From Pseudomonadota bacterium (GTDB lineage: Bacteria > Bdellovibrionota > FAC87 > UBA2466): a stretch of 19,580 nt of DNA. Location: assembly GCA_043767805.1 (NCBI GenBank), contig JAYUGC010000001.1:1-19580 (forward strand), given 5' to 3'. The position numbers and the translations under genes were made by a program. Of the stretch, positions 9,613 to 17,317 are shown piece by piece. A model generated the notes under the pieces. That model searched no databases, was not told the DNA's origin, and was given only the letters and a program-made list of their open reading frames with translations. The stretch's first letter is position 1; each line of letters starts with the position of its first letter.

Positions 9613-10592
9613 GGGGCCTCCCCGACTCCGCGCTCATACAAAGTGGCGAGCGTGGTCAGCATGATATTTTGGGCCAGGCGTTTGGCGAAATCGAGATTCA
9701 TGCCGAGATCGGCGGCCGTGTAGTACCGGAGGTAGCCGTCGTTGGTGAGGTACCACATGCCCTGAACGCGCGTGAGCTTCAGCATATTAGTGTCGCGCGT
9801 GCGGCCGCTCGCCATGTGCTGGGCGACCGTCGAGGGAAAACGGAAAGCGCGCGGTGCTTTCTCGGCTTCGAAGGTGTGGATGTACTCCTTCACGCCGTTG
9901 GTTTCCCGGAACTTCGTGTCGTTCTTGTAGTAGTAGCCGAAGGACGCTTGCAGCCCGAGGAGCACGGGGCCGCGGATCGATATGAAAGAGTTAAATGGCG
10001 TGCCCACCGCGATTTTGGGGTCCGCCATCTTCTGGCCCGTTTTCGGATCGACCGGGTAGAAGTCGAGGACCGTGGGAAAGCCGCCCGTGTAGTGGCGGTA
10101 CATGTCTGGAGTAACGAGTGAGTCGGCTTTCGCGTTGAATGAGGCGTCGTTGCCGTTCGCATTCAAGCCTTCGACGTAGCAAGAGCCGTCGCCGATGTAC
10201 CAAAATTCCGTACGGCCGGCGGTGGAGATGGGGCGCACTTCGATGTCTTGGCTCGTGCAGTTGCCGCATTCCCGCATTTTCTCGACCCAAGCGTCGCGCG
10301 CGCCTTCCATGGCGAGGCCCTGAGCGTCGAGGGCATCCAAGTCCGTGCTGCCCGCTAGTTTCGCGAGCGCGTCTTTTTGCGAAAAATAAGTGGCCTTACG
10401 TGTAGTGAGCTCCGAGCGGCAAGCCGTGTTGGTCTTGCGAGCGGCGAAAAAGGCCTGGGGCGTCTGATTGTTCAAAAGTTTCGAGTCCAAGCCCGGCGCC
10501 GGAATCGTGGGCGGAAGCAAGACCTCCTGGGCGTGTACGCCAGGAGAAAGAAGAACCAGGGCGATGAGGGTTGAGAACAGGGACTGGTTCAT
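9609..10592 (-). CDS. Secreted hypothetical protein, possibly with a C-terminal SRPBCC/START-like (helix-grip) domain
   Basis: 327-aa ORF, signal peptide MNQSLFSTLIALVLLSPGVHA-Q, GAGG upstream; stop overlaps purB TTG start (TTGA). Fold guess comes only from the C-terminal pattern (QGMWYL...LRYYTAAD then an amphipathic terminal helix). Confidence 0.7.
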   Translation of the reverse strand: MNQSLFSTLIALVLLSPGVHAQEVLLPPTIPAPGLDSKLLNNQTPQAFFAARKTNTACRSELTTRKATYFSQKDALAKLAGSTDLDALDAQGLAMEGARDAWVEKMRECGNCTSQDIEVRPISTAGRTEFWYIGDGSCYVEGLNANGNDASFNAKADSLVTPDMYRHYTGGFPTVLDFYPVDPKTGQKMADPKIAVGTPFNSFISIRGPVLLGLQASFGYYYKNDTKFRETNGVKEYIHTFEAEKAPRAFRFPSTVAQHMASGRTRDTNMLKLTRVQGMWYLTNDGYLRYYTAADLGMNLDFAKRLAQNIMLTTLATLYERGVGEAP

Positions 10593-10616
10593 GGAGACCT
10601 CAGGTAAGTGGCGCCT

Positions 10617-10645
10617 AACCTAGCCGGAGAACGCCACAATTTCAA
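10617..10645 (-). promoter_or_regulatory. Putative sigma70 promoter for the hypothetical-purBCSQLF operon
   Basis: Minus strand TTGAAA (10645-10640), exactly 17 bp, TAGGTT (10622-10617); 24 bp separate the -10 from the ATG at 10592. Confidence 0.55.
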
Positions 10646-10664
10646 GACGCCGCCCGAGAGACAA

Positions 10665-13112
10665 CTAGGGCGCGGCAACGAGACCGTCGAGTAAGACCAG
10701 CATCGCGCCGAGCTCCCCCGTCCGTTGCCATTTAGCTAGGTTTTCTGAAAGTTTTTTTAGGCGGTCATTCTGGAAATGACCCAAAAGATCGATGGCTTCC
10801 GCAAGGTAGCCTTGGGCGGAAAGCTCGCTTAGGCGAGCAGTCAGTGCTTTGAGTGAGCCGGGCTCTCCGTGAGCGCGGATGAAATCCCAAAGCGTCTGGA
10901 AGTCACCGGAATCCACTAAGTCTTTGGCCCACCGCCGCTCGGCCACCGGAAACTCAGTTAGCGAGGGCAAAATCCGCCAGCCTTTGTCGTAGGCCGACTC
11001 GAGAGCGAGCCGCGCCCCGCCCGGCTGCCGGGCAAACCAGTCCCGCAAATAACCAAAGTGCGCTTCGGTACCGTACGTGCCTCGGTCGGAGGCGCCGAGT
11101 AGGGAAGCAAACGCGGAGAGCACAGGCGCCCGTTCTCTATCGGGAACCGCCGCGAGGCCCGTAAACAGGCTCGCGAGCCCCGAGCGCTCTTTGAGAAATT
11201 GAACGACTCCGGGGTACGCCGGCGTCTTCGCGGCGCCCGCCAGCAGACCGGTTTCCGAGAGGAAGCGGAACACAGCGCCTACCGCCTTTACGTCCTCGGA
11301 GGAGAGAAAGTTCAAAAGCCGGTGGTACGCTTCGAAAGCGGAAGGCAAGTCGCGATCCGCCCGGTCTAGCTCGTAGATCACAGCTACGGTATCCAGAAGC
11401 GTTTCCAGCTTCGCGGCCGCCTTGGGGTGGCCGTCGTATAGATTGAGCAGCAGCGCTCGGGTGTCGGCGTTGAGGTTGCCGAGCTTCATGTCGTCGAAGG
11501 CGATGCGCTTCACCTTGCTCCAGGTCTGATAGGTGAGGCCCGACAGAAGCTGGTTCGCGTCGTCCATGAGGTTTTCCGACTCGAGATCGGAAAGCCGGAA
11601 GCCGAAGCCCCCTTCCTCGCGGGTCAGCCCGAACGCGATGGATCTGAGAGTCGCGGCGGCATCGGCGAAGGCTCGCACCTGGTGCGTTTCGTCGACGGCT
11701 TTTCCCAGAAGCGCGCTGAAGGCGCCCTGGTTCGCCGAAAATTCGTAAACGTAATTGCCGAAGCCGTCTTTTTGAATCGTGTCGGCAAGAGCGGTCGCAA
11801 AAGCGCCGAGGCCGAGCGCTTCCAAATCCTTTTTCACGTCGGCGTTCAAGGTGAACTGACCTTGTGAATCGGTATCGGCGAGAGAAAGGCTCACCGCGGG
11901 GAGCGTGACTTGGCGGCTCATGGCCGGGCCGGTTTTTAGCGCGAGTACCGGCGCCGCGGCTTCGAGCCAGCGAGTGAGGGCATAAGTATTTAAAAAGATC
12001 GGAAGGTTTCTGAGGAGCGCGTCACTCTCGTCGTCATCGGCCGCGCGCCCCGTGAGGTTGACGACGGCTTCGCGGACGGCGGTGAAAACCCGGACCCAAG
12101 CCACGGAGGGTAGGTCGCCGGGCTTTCGCGTGACGAGCGGCGCCACCCAATCAAGCTTTGCTTCCAGTTCGGCCAGGCCTTCCCGGGTAAAGCCGCGAAC
12201 GGCGGCCGGGACGAGCCCTTGCATTTGGTTGGTGAGCTCGCGGATTCTCTGAGGATCTTTGCGGAGCGTGGTTTCCGCGACGGAGAAGAGGCCTTCGGTG
12301 GGGCCGTTAGCCGTTTCGAAAAATTTCAGCAAGCGCTCGGCTTGGCTCTGCTCAGGGGCGGCCGTTTGGGTGAGCATCCGGGAAATGCCCGCGCAAAATC
12401 CCTCAAAAGCCCCGGGCCGGGAGCGCATGGCTCGGAGCGCGCGGAAAATGGCGGTGCCCATTTCCGTGTCTCCCAGAGCTTGGGCGAGCTTAAGGCTCGC
12501 CGCTTCGTTCTTTGGGTCGGAGAAAAACTTACGGGCGTCTCCCGTCCAGTCGGCGCGGGAAACGACGGCGACCGTGTCGGGATACTTCAGGCGAAAGGCG
12601 GCGGCTCCCGCTGCGGCTTTGTCCCAGGCCATTCCCAGTTCCGGCGCGAGTAATGCCGAGTCGCGGACCACGAGCTCGGGAAATCTAGGATCGCTTAGAA
12701 GCCAGGCGAGGCTATGCGCCATTTGTCGGTGATCCGCCGAGTTGAGATCGGTTTTCTTGAGCCATCGGGAAAAATCTCCGGCGGACGCGCGGCGATCGAC
12801 CAGGCCCACGAAGTCCACCGAAGAAAAAACGGACTCGTAAAAGTGCTTCGAAATGAGCTCGCCGATGGGGGCCAAGGTTTCCGGAGCAGGGGTGTCCAGA
12901 AACGGCGCGAGGGGGTCCAGCCGGTGGGTCCGATTTAGGGACCGAAAAAGGCTCTGCAGGCCCCGGGCATCGAGGCGCTCGCGAAAGACGATTCCAGTTT
13001 CGGGAGAGCGGCTCCCCGGAAGCTCCGGAATGGGGGCCTGCCCGGTGCATCCAACCAAGGTAAGGGCGCAAAAACCCAAAAGAAAACCTGGTTTGCCCCG
13101 CTGGTGTGCCAC
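10665..13112 (-). CDS. Large hypothetical lipoprotein, mostly alpha-helical
   Basis: 815-aa ORF, GTG start, lipobox (FCALTLVG-C); Leu/Ala-rich amphipathic pattern throughout; no family recognised. Confidence 0.75.
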   Translation of the reverse strand: MAHQRGKPGFLLGFCALTLVGCTGQAPIPELPGSRSPETGIVFRERLDARGLQSLFRSLNRTHRLDPLAPFLDTPAPETLAPIGELISKHFYESVFSSVDFVGLVDRRASAGDFSRWLKKTDLNSADHRQMAHSLAWLLSDPRFPELVVRDSALLAPELGMAWDKAAAGAAAFRLKYPDTVAVVSRADWTGDARKFFSDPKNEAASLKLAQALGDTEMGTAIFRALRAMRSRPGAFEGFCAGISRMLTQTAAPEQSQAERLLKFFETANGPTEGLFSVAETTLRKDPQRIRELTNQMQGLVPAAVRGFTREGLAELEAKLDWVAPLVTRKPGDLPSVAWVRVFTAVREAVVNLTGRAADDDESDALLRNLPIFLNTYALTRWLEAAAPVLALKTGPAMSRQVTLPAVSLSLADTDSQGQFTLNADVKKDLEALGLGAFATALADTIQKDGFGNYVYEFSANQGAFSALLGKAVDETHQVRAFADAAATLRSIAFGLTREEGGFGFRLSDLESENLMDDANQLLSGLTYQTWSKVKRIAFDDMKLGNLNADTRALLLNLYDGHPKAAAKLETLLDTVAVIYELDRADRDLPSAFEAYHRLLNFLSSEDVKAVGAVFRFLSETGLLAGAAKTPAYPGVVQFLKERSGLASLFTGLAAVPDRERAPVLSAFASLLGASDRGTYGTEAHFGYLRDWFARQPGGARLALESAYDKGWRILPSLTEFPVAERRWAKDLVDSGDFQTLWDFIRAHGEPGSLKALTARLSELSAQGYLAEAIDLLGHFQNDRLKKLSENLAKWQRTGELGAMLVLLDGLVAAP

Positions 13113-13119
13113 GGGGGGC

Positions 13120-13149
13120 GTTTTATCTAAAATCGACCACCCGAGTCAA
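13120..13149 (-). promoter_or_regulatory. Putative sigma70 promoter directly upstream of the 815-aa lipoprotein gene
   Basis: TTGACT (13149-13144), 18 bp, TAAAAC (13125-13120), then GCCCCCC and the GTG start. Confidence 0.4.
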
Positions 13150-14103
13150 TTACTCGCCGACGGTCCGGCGAAGCTCGGTGATGAGGCGCGCGCCCTCTTT
13201 GAAACCGGCGAGGATCGCTTCCCGGCGGCGGTCGAGCTCACTGGGATTTACGTTGAGAACGATCTTGCCCCGTAGCGGGGTGAGCGCCATCTGCGCCTGG
13301 AGATTTTCCCGGAACTGGGAACCAAAGAGCGAGCGGAAGACGGCGGCACTGCCGTCCATGGGGTTTTTCGTCAAATACTTAAGGTAATCCTCATACATAT
13401 CTACGGCCACGATGCCCGTCGTGCGGCGTTTGAGTCCCTCTTTCACGTCGACGCCATTGATGGAGGAGACCCATCCGCCTTGGGTGCCCGGGGGGTAGGG
13501 GCGGTAGATGCCGGGAACCGACATGGCTTTGAGAACGGGCGCTTCCCATTCGCCCGAAGTAAAGACTTCGACTTCTTTTTGCCCCACGGGAGAGGCGGTC
13601 AGAATCACCGGGATTTTGGAGTCGCCGAGGCTGTTGTACGGCTTAAAGGCTTCTCGGAGCGCGGCCGCGAGCTTGTCGTGGGATGAGAAGTCCTTACTGA
13701 AATCGAAGAGGCCGGTACCGAAGAACTCGGAGGTTTTCAGCCGCATGGCGAACCATTCGAGGTCGTGGACGGACTTGAAGTACCCTTCGCCCAGGGCAAA
13801 CAGCGCGGGCCAGCCGGTGGCGATGATGAACTCGATCTGCACGCCTTCCTGATGGAAGCGCTTCAAAAGCCCGACGGTGGCGAAGCTCGCGACTCCGGCG
13901 CCTCCGAGAACCAAACCGATTTTCAGTGGAGCGGGCGAGGCCGTGGGAGTCTGCGGCGGCAAAGGGCTCGTCACGGGCGGCGGCGGCGGAGGGATTTCAC
14001 CCGGGCCGGGCTTACCCGTCTTCACGGCTTTCGGAGAGCAAGCGCCGAGAACGAAAATCAGAGTTATGACGACGAGACTACGAAGATTTTGGTGAGCGCG
14101 CAT
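13150..14103 (-). CDS. Patatin-like phospholipase-fold lipoprotein with degenerate catalytic motifs
   Basis: ORF 13150..14130, likely start ATG 14103 (MRAHQNLRSLVVITLIFVLGA-C, lipobox); Pro-rich linker; then KIGLVLGGAG, IEFIIATG, KIPVILTA, AMSVPGIYRP, typical of patatin/RssA domains. Confidence 0.8.
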   Translation of the reverse strand: MRAHQNLRSLVVITLIFVLGACSPKAVKTGKPGPGEIPPPPPPVTSPLPPQTPTASPAPLKIGLVLGGAGVASFATVGLLKRFHQEGVQIEFIIATGWPALFALGEGYFKSVHDLEWFAMRLKTSEFFGTGLFDFSKDFSSHDKLAAALREAFKPYNSLGDSKIPVILTASPVGQKEVEVFTSGEWEAPVLKAMSVPGIYRPYPPGTQGGWVSSINGVDVKEGLKRRTTGIVAVDMYEDYLKYLTKNPMDGSAAVFRSLFGSQFRENLQAQMALTPLRGKIVLNVNPSELDRRREAILAGFKEGARLITELRRTVGE

Positions 14104-14845
14104 AGTAAACCAATGCCTCGACGTTACCACTCTTCTTGCCGGGGAGGGGAGAACTTTCCGGACCGCCCACGAGGCGGAGTCCGGCCTTTTGGGCCTCCTC
14201 GTCGAGGAGCTTCAACGCGGCCTGGGTGGCCTCGGGATTTTTGACGACTCCGCCTTTGCCGAGGTTTTCCGGGCCCACTTCGAACTGCGGTTTGAAGAGC
14301 GCGACCCAAGTCGGGGCGGGAAGGTTGGTGGCTAGCGGCACGAGCACTTTGGCGAGCCCGATGAACGAGACGTCGAAGACGACGATTTCCAATTGATCGG
14401 CGAGCGGGTTTGCCGCTCGCAGAGTTTCCAAGGTGAGGAAACGGGCGTTGGTCTTTTCCATGACCGTGACCCGGGGGTCGTTGCGCAGCTTTTGGTCGAG
14501 CTGCCCGTAACCGACGTCGACCGCGAACACGTGGCGGGCGCCGTTTTGCAAAACGCAGTCGGTGAACCCGCCGGTGGAAGCCCCGACATCCAGGCAGACC
14601 TTATCGGTGACGTCGATGCCGAAGGTCGTCAGCGCGTGCTGCAGCTTTTCGCCCGAGCGGCTGACGAAACGAGACAGGCGGGAGCGCACTTCTAGGGGCA
14701 AGTCGTCCGCGACTTTGGTGCCCGCTTTTTCGAGCCGGGTTTCCGCCGACCAGACCTCGCCCGCGAGAATGAGCGCCTGCGCTTCTTCCCGGCTTTTGCA
14801 GAGTCCGCGCTCCACCAGCAAAACGTCTAAACGGGTCTTATTCAT
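14078..14845 (-). CDS. tlyA: TlyA family rRNA (cytidine-2'-O)-methyltransferase
   Basis: S4 domain RLDVLLVERGL..SRE.AQALILAG, FVSRSGEKL, LDVGASTGGFTD, AVDVGYGQL, DVSFI, KPQFEVG, KGGVV, GNVE. Confidence 0.96.
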   Translation of the reverse strand: MNKTRLDVLLVERGLCKSREEAQALILAGEVWSAETRLEKAGTKVADDLPLEVRSRLSRFVSRSGEKLQHALTTFGIDVTDKVCLDVGASTGGFTDCVLQNGARHVFAVDVGYGQLDQKLRNDPRVTVMEKTNARFLTLETLRAANPLADQLEIVVFDVSFIGLAKVLVPLATNLPAPTWVALFKPQFEVGPENLGKGGVVKNPEATQAALKLLDEEAQKAGLRLVGGPESSPLPGKKSGNVEALVYYARSPKSS

Positions 14846-14899
14846 GGGTAAAAATGGGAAAGCACGCTATAGCAGTTATGATATGTTGGAGCAATGGAC

Positions 14900-16000
14900 G
14901 TGAAGCGGAATAATTCCTCGCCGAGCCCTTGGCTCATCATTCTCTTCACCGCTCCCGTTCCGCTGCTCCTCTTCGTGCTGTTCTTCTACAAGTGGTACAA
15001 CCAGAAAACGGATTTCACGAAGGTCACCGGCGAGTTCGTGCAGCGGCAAAACCAGGTGATGGCGTACGACACGCTTTCGCTCGCGCGCGACGTGAGCCAC
15101 ATTTTAGAGACGGCGGCGAACGACACGGAAACTCTTTCGCTCGTGCCGGCCACCGAGAGCGCGTACCACGGTTTTTACGAAGCTCATGTCGGAACCGTCA
15201 CGGAGTTCGACGAGAAGCAAAAAATTCCCGTGCAAACGCGGCTCACGCTTTACAACACGCTCACGCTTTTAAAACCGAATGGCGACGAGGTCTTTCGTTT
15301 CGAGGAAGGCAAAGTTCAAAAGCCGCGAAAGCTCGCCGATTGTAAAGAGCTCGAGCTCTGCGATCGGGAGGCCCGGCAGCTGGCCATCCGGCTTTCGCCC
15401 AGCGAGCTCCGTTATGGAAATCTCATGCGGTGGTATACGCCGGAAGGCTCGCCCGCTCCGAGCGAGCGCGAAACGCTCACCGTGCTCTATCACTCGAAGA
15501 CCGGAATCGTGGAGCTGGGGATTGATTACCGCCATTTGAAATCGGTGATGTACGCGCCGACTTTCCCGTACACGCCGCGCGCGGATTTGCTTCACGCGTA
15601 TGAGAACGGTAATTATGTCTATCTCATCGATAGCCGCATGGACTTCATCGCGCACCCGCGCTATTGGCACGTGACGGGAATCGATCGCAATACCGGCGGG
15701 CGGGTGGAGCCCATCAAGACCGACGCGGATACGGGAACGCATCGGTTGAACGTCGCCGAGTATCAGGGCGAGAAGCTGAAAGAATATTTCAAGCGGTTAC
15801 TCTCTCGCTCCTTCGAGCATAAGAGCGTCGATATGTTTCGCGCGCCGAATATGGTTGGGACGAATCGGGTGATCTCCGTCTCGCCGATCTTACTTTCGCG
15901 GGGGCAGTTCAAGACGTCGGGAGTCTTCGGCCACGTCTCGGTCGGCTGCAGTGTCGACTATTTCGAAGAGCCTAAAGAGCGGTTTGTTCCGTACTATTAA
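14900..16000 (+). CDS. Membrane-anchored Cache-like extracytoplasmic sensor domain protein without signalling domain
   Basis: ORF 14894..16000 (GTG 14900 has GGAG 8 nt upstream). One N-terminal TM helix, a long helix, then segments LYNTLTLLKPNGDE, GNYVYLIDSRMDFIAHP, TGIDRNTG and FGHVSVGCSVDYFEEP resembling dCache-type sensor domains. Confidence 0.65.
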   Translation: MKRNNSSPSPWLIILFTAPVPLLLFVLFFYKWYNQKTDFTKVTGEFVQRQNQVMAYDTLSLARDVSHILETAANDTETLSLVPATESAYHGFYEAHVGTVTEFDEKQKIPVQTRLTLYNTLTLLKPNGDEVFRFEEGKVQKPRKLADCKELELCDREARQLAIRLSPSELRYGNLMRWYTPEGSPAPSERETLTVLYHSKTGIVELGIDYRHLKSVMYAPTFPYTPRADLLHAYENGNYVYLIDSRMDFIAHPRYWHVTGIDRNTGGRVEPIKTDADTGTHRLNVAEYQGEKLKEYFKRLLSRSFEHKSVDMFRAPNMVGTNRVISVSPILLSRGQFKTSGVFGHVSVGCSVDYFEEPKERFVPYY

Positions 16001-16027
16001 GGCGGCTTCGCCATTGCGGGCGTCGTC

Positions 16028-16196
16028 TTCGATCCGGCCCGGTCACTGGATGCTGGATGCTAGTACAAGCAAATCTATTAGATCTCTTTCTGACGGACCC
16101 CTGACCCCGTCATCTGGGGGACCTTGGTTGTCGAGCAGTGCGGGAGGGGAAGATCTAATAGCCAGCATCCAGCAACCAGTGACTGCCCGGTTCGAA
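16028..16196. repeat. Nested imperfect inverted repeat (long stem-loop) with inverted heptamer repeats
   Basis: 16042-16061 pairs with 16164-16183 (19/20); 16075-16085 CTATTAGATCT pairs perfectly with 16151-16161; outer TTCGA..CCGG pairs with CCGG..TCGAA; inner TGACGG/CCGTCA hairpin at 16091-16112. Confidence 0.9.
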
Positions 16197-16207
16197 CGGA
16201 GCGCAGC

Positions 16208-16956
16208 TCAGCTACGGGATTTACCGTTGGGATGGGGGCGCGATTTGATTTCGAGCCGGGGTTGGCCGTCCGATCCCACGGAGACTTCAGCTGGGGCTAA
16301 ATAAATATTTCGATGGAAGTCGGCGAGGTTGCGTCCCGGCCATTTCGAATAGTCGTTGTCGGGAAGGATCCGCTTTTCGACGGCATGGTAGAGCACCCAC
16401 CATTTTCCGTCGGGGTCTTGAAAGAAATGAGGACGGGCTGGCCCCCAGGACAAGCCGAGCTTTTCCTTGGCCTCCCGACCGAGATCGAGGAGGTCTTTTC
16501 CATCGGTGGTGAGCTGAGGCTTGTACGGGCCATCGACCTTGTCCGACCAGGTGACGTTGATGAAGTAGCGATCGGTTGAGAAATCCCCGCTGCTGAAGGC
16601 GACGAAGTAACGAGTCTTGCCGTTGATGGTGACTTTCTCGGGTCTCGGTCCCTCCACCAGAAATCCTCCGATTGTGCGTCGCGTGGAGGGGAAGGGGGAG
16701 TCGCCGATGGACACGATGGGTTTCTCCTCCGCGGAAGCCTCGTGCGGGGAGATCATTTTACGGGCGAATATTTCCGTCTTGTAAGGCGCGGGATTGCCGT
16801 CGGGATTTACGGCCTCGCTCACCTTTTCGTAAAACACCCAGGTATTTCCCGCCTCGTCGGTAATGAAGTGATGGCCGTAAGAGTGATCCGCCCAATTTTC
16901 TTTTTCGGGAGGCGGAGAAAAGAGCGGGTCTTTCGAGCGGATCCAGCGTCCTTTGG
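16208..16956 (-). pseudogene. 3' part of a GH43-like five-bladed beta-propeller glycoside hydrolase gene, interrupted by IS66
   Basis: Motifs LVEGP, RYFVAFSSGDF...Y, SDKVDGPY, GPARPHFFQDPDGKWWVLYHA follow GH43 blades; the ORF-track start (16978) lies inside the IS left inverted repeat, so the native 5' part is missing. Confidence 0.75.
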
Positions 16957-16981
16957 GTGAACGCTCCACCAACCCCACCTT
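16957..16981 (+). repeat. IS66 left terminal inverted repeat
   Basis: GTGAACGCTCCACCAACCCCACCTT, matches the right end. Confidence 0.9.
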
Positions 16982-17032
16982 TTAGCGCGTAAAGAATCCG
17001 GTAGAGTGAGCCCCTCAATCACGGAGGTTCAC

Positions 17033-17317
17033 ATGGATTCGACGGTTCAATCGGAAAGAGAAATATCCTGGCCAGCGGAGGTAGCGCTGTTTGAGACGCA
17101 CAGCGGATCGCTTGCCGGATTTTGCCGTTCGCGCGGACTGTCCGCGGTTCGATTTCGGTATTGGGAGGAGAAGTTGGGCAAACCCGAGAAGAGCCGGGCA
17201 GTTTCGGTTTCGCCGTTTGTTGCGGTGAAGATGGAGGCGAAGGTTGCGAGGGTGCCGCTTCCGGATCCTCGATGGCTTGCCGAGTTTATTTGGCATCTGA
17301 ACGGGTCTGGGCGATGA
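17033..17317 (+). CDS. tnpA: IS66 accessory protein TnpA (HTH)
   Basis: ATG 17033 preceded by GGAGG; SGSLAGFCRSRGLSAVRFRYWEEKL and FVAVKM match IS66 TnpA; stop overlaps the tnpB start. Confidence 0.85.
   Translation: MDSTVQSEREISWPAEVALFETHSGSLAGFCRSRGLSAVRFRYWEEKLGKPEKSRAVSVSPFVAVKMEAKVARVPLPDPRWLAEFIWHLNGSGR

Noticed and set aside
10248..10272. ECGNCT as a possible heme c binding site
   Set aside because: It is CxxCT, not CxxCH; the axial His is missing.
10593..10664. Purine or ZTP riboswitch upstream of the pur operon
   Set aside because: The gap is 72 bp and mostly occupied by the promoter, leaving a leader too short; no aptamer consensus seen.
13974..13992. GGC trinucleotide run
   Set aside because: Encodes the poly-proline linker of the patatin-like lipoprotein; not a phase-variable tract or array.
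16015..16205. Calling the long palindrome 6S RNA, an integron attC site, a retron ncRNA or a CRISPR array
   Set aside because: Size fits 6S but the bulge is one-sided rather than a two-stranded bubble; no RYYYAAC/GTTRRRY ends, no reverse transcriptase, and no repeat-spacer periodicity. Left unassigned pending an Rfam search.
17122..17313. Long N-terminal extension of tnpB suggesting a tnpA-tnpB frameshift fusion
   Set aside because: ATG 17314 overlapping the tnpA stop gives a normal-length TnpB; no convincing slippery site seen.
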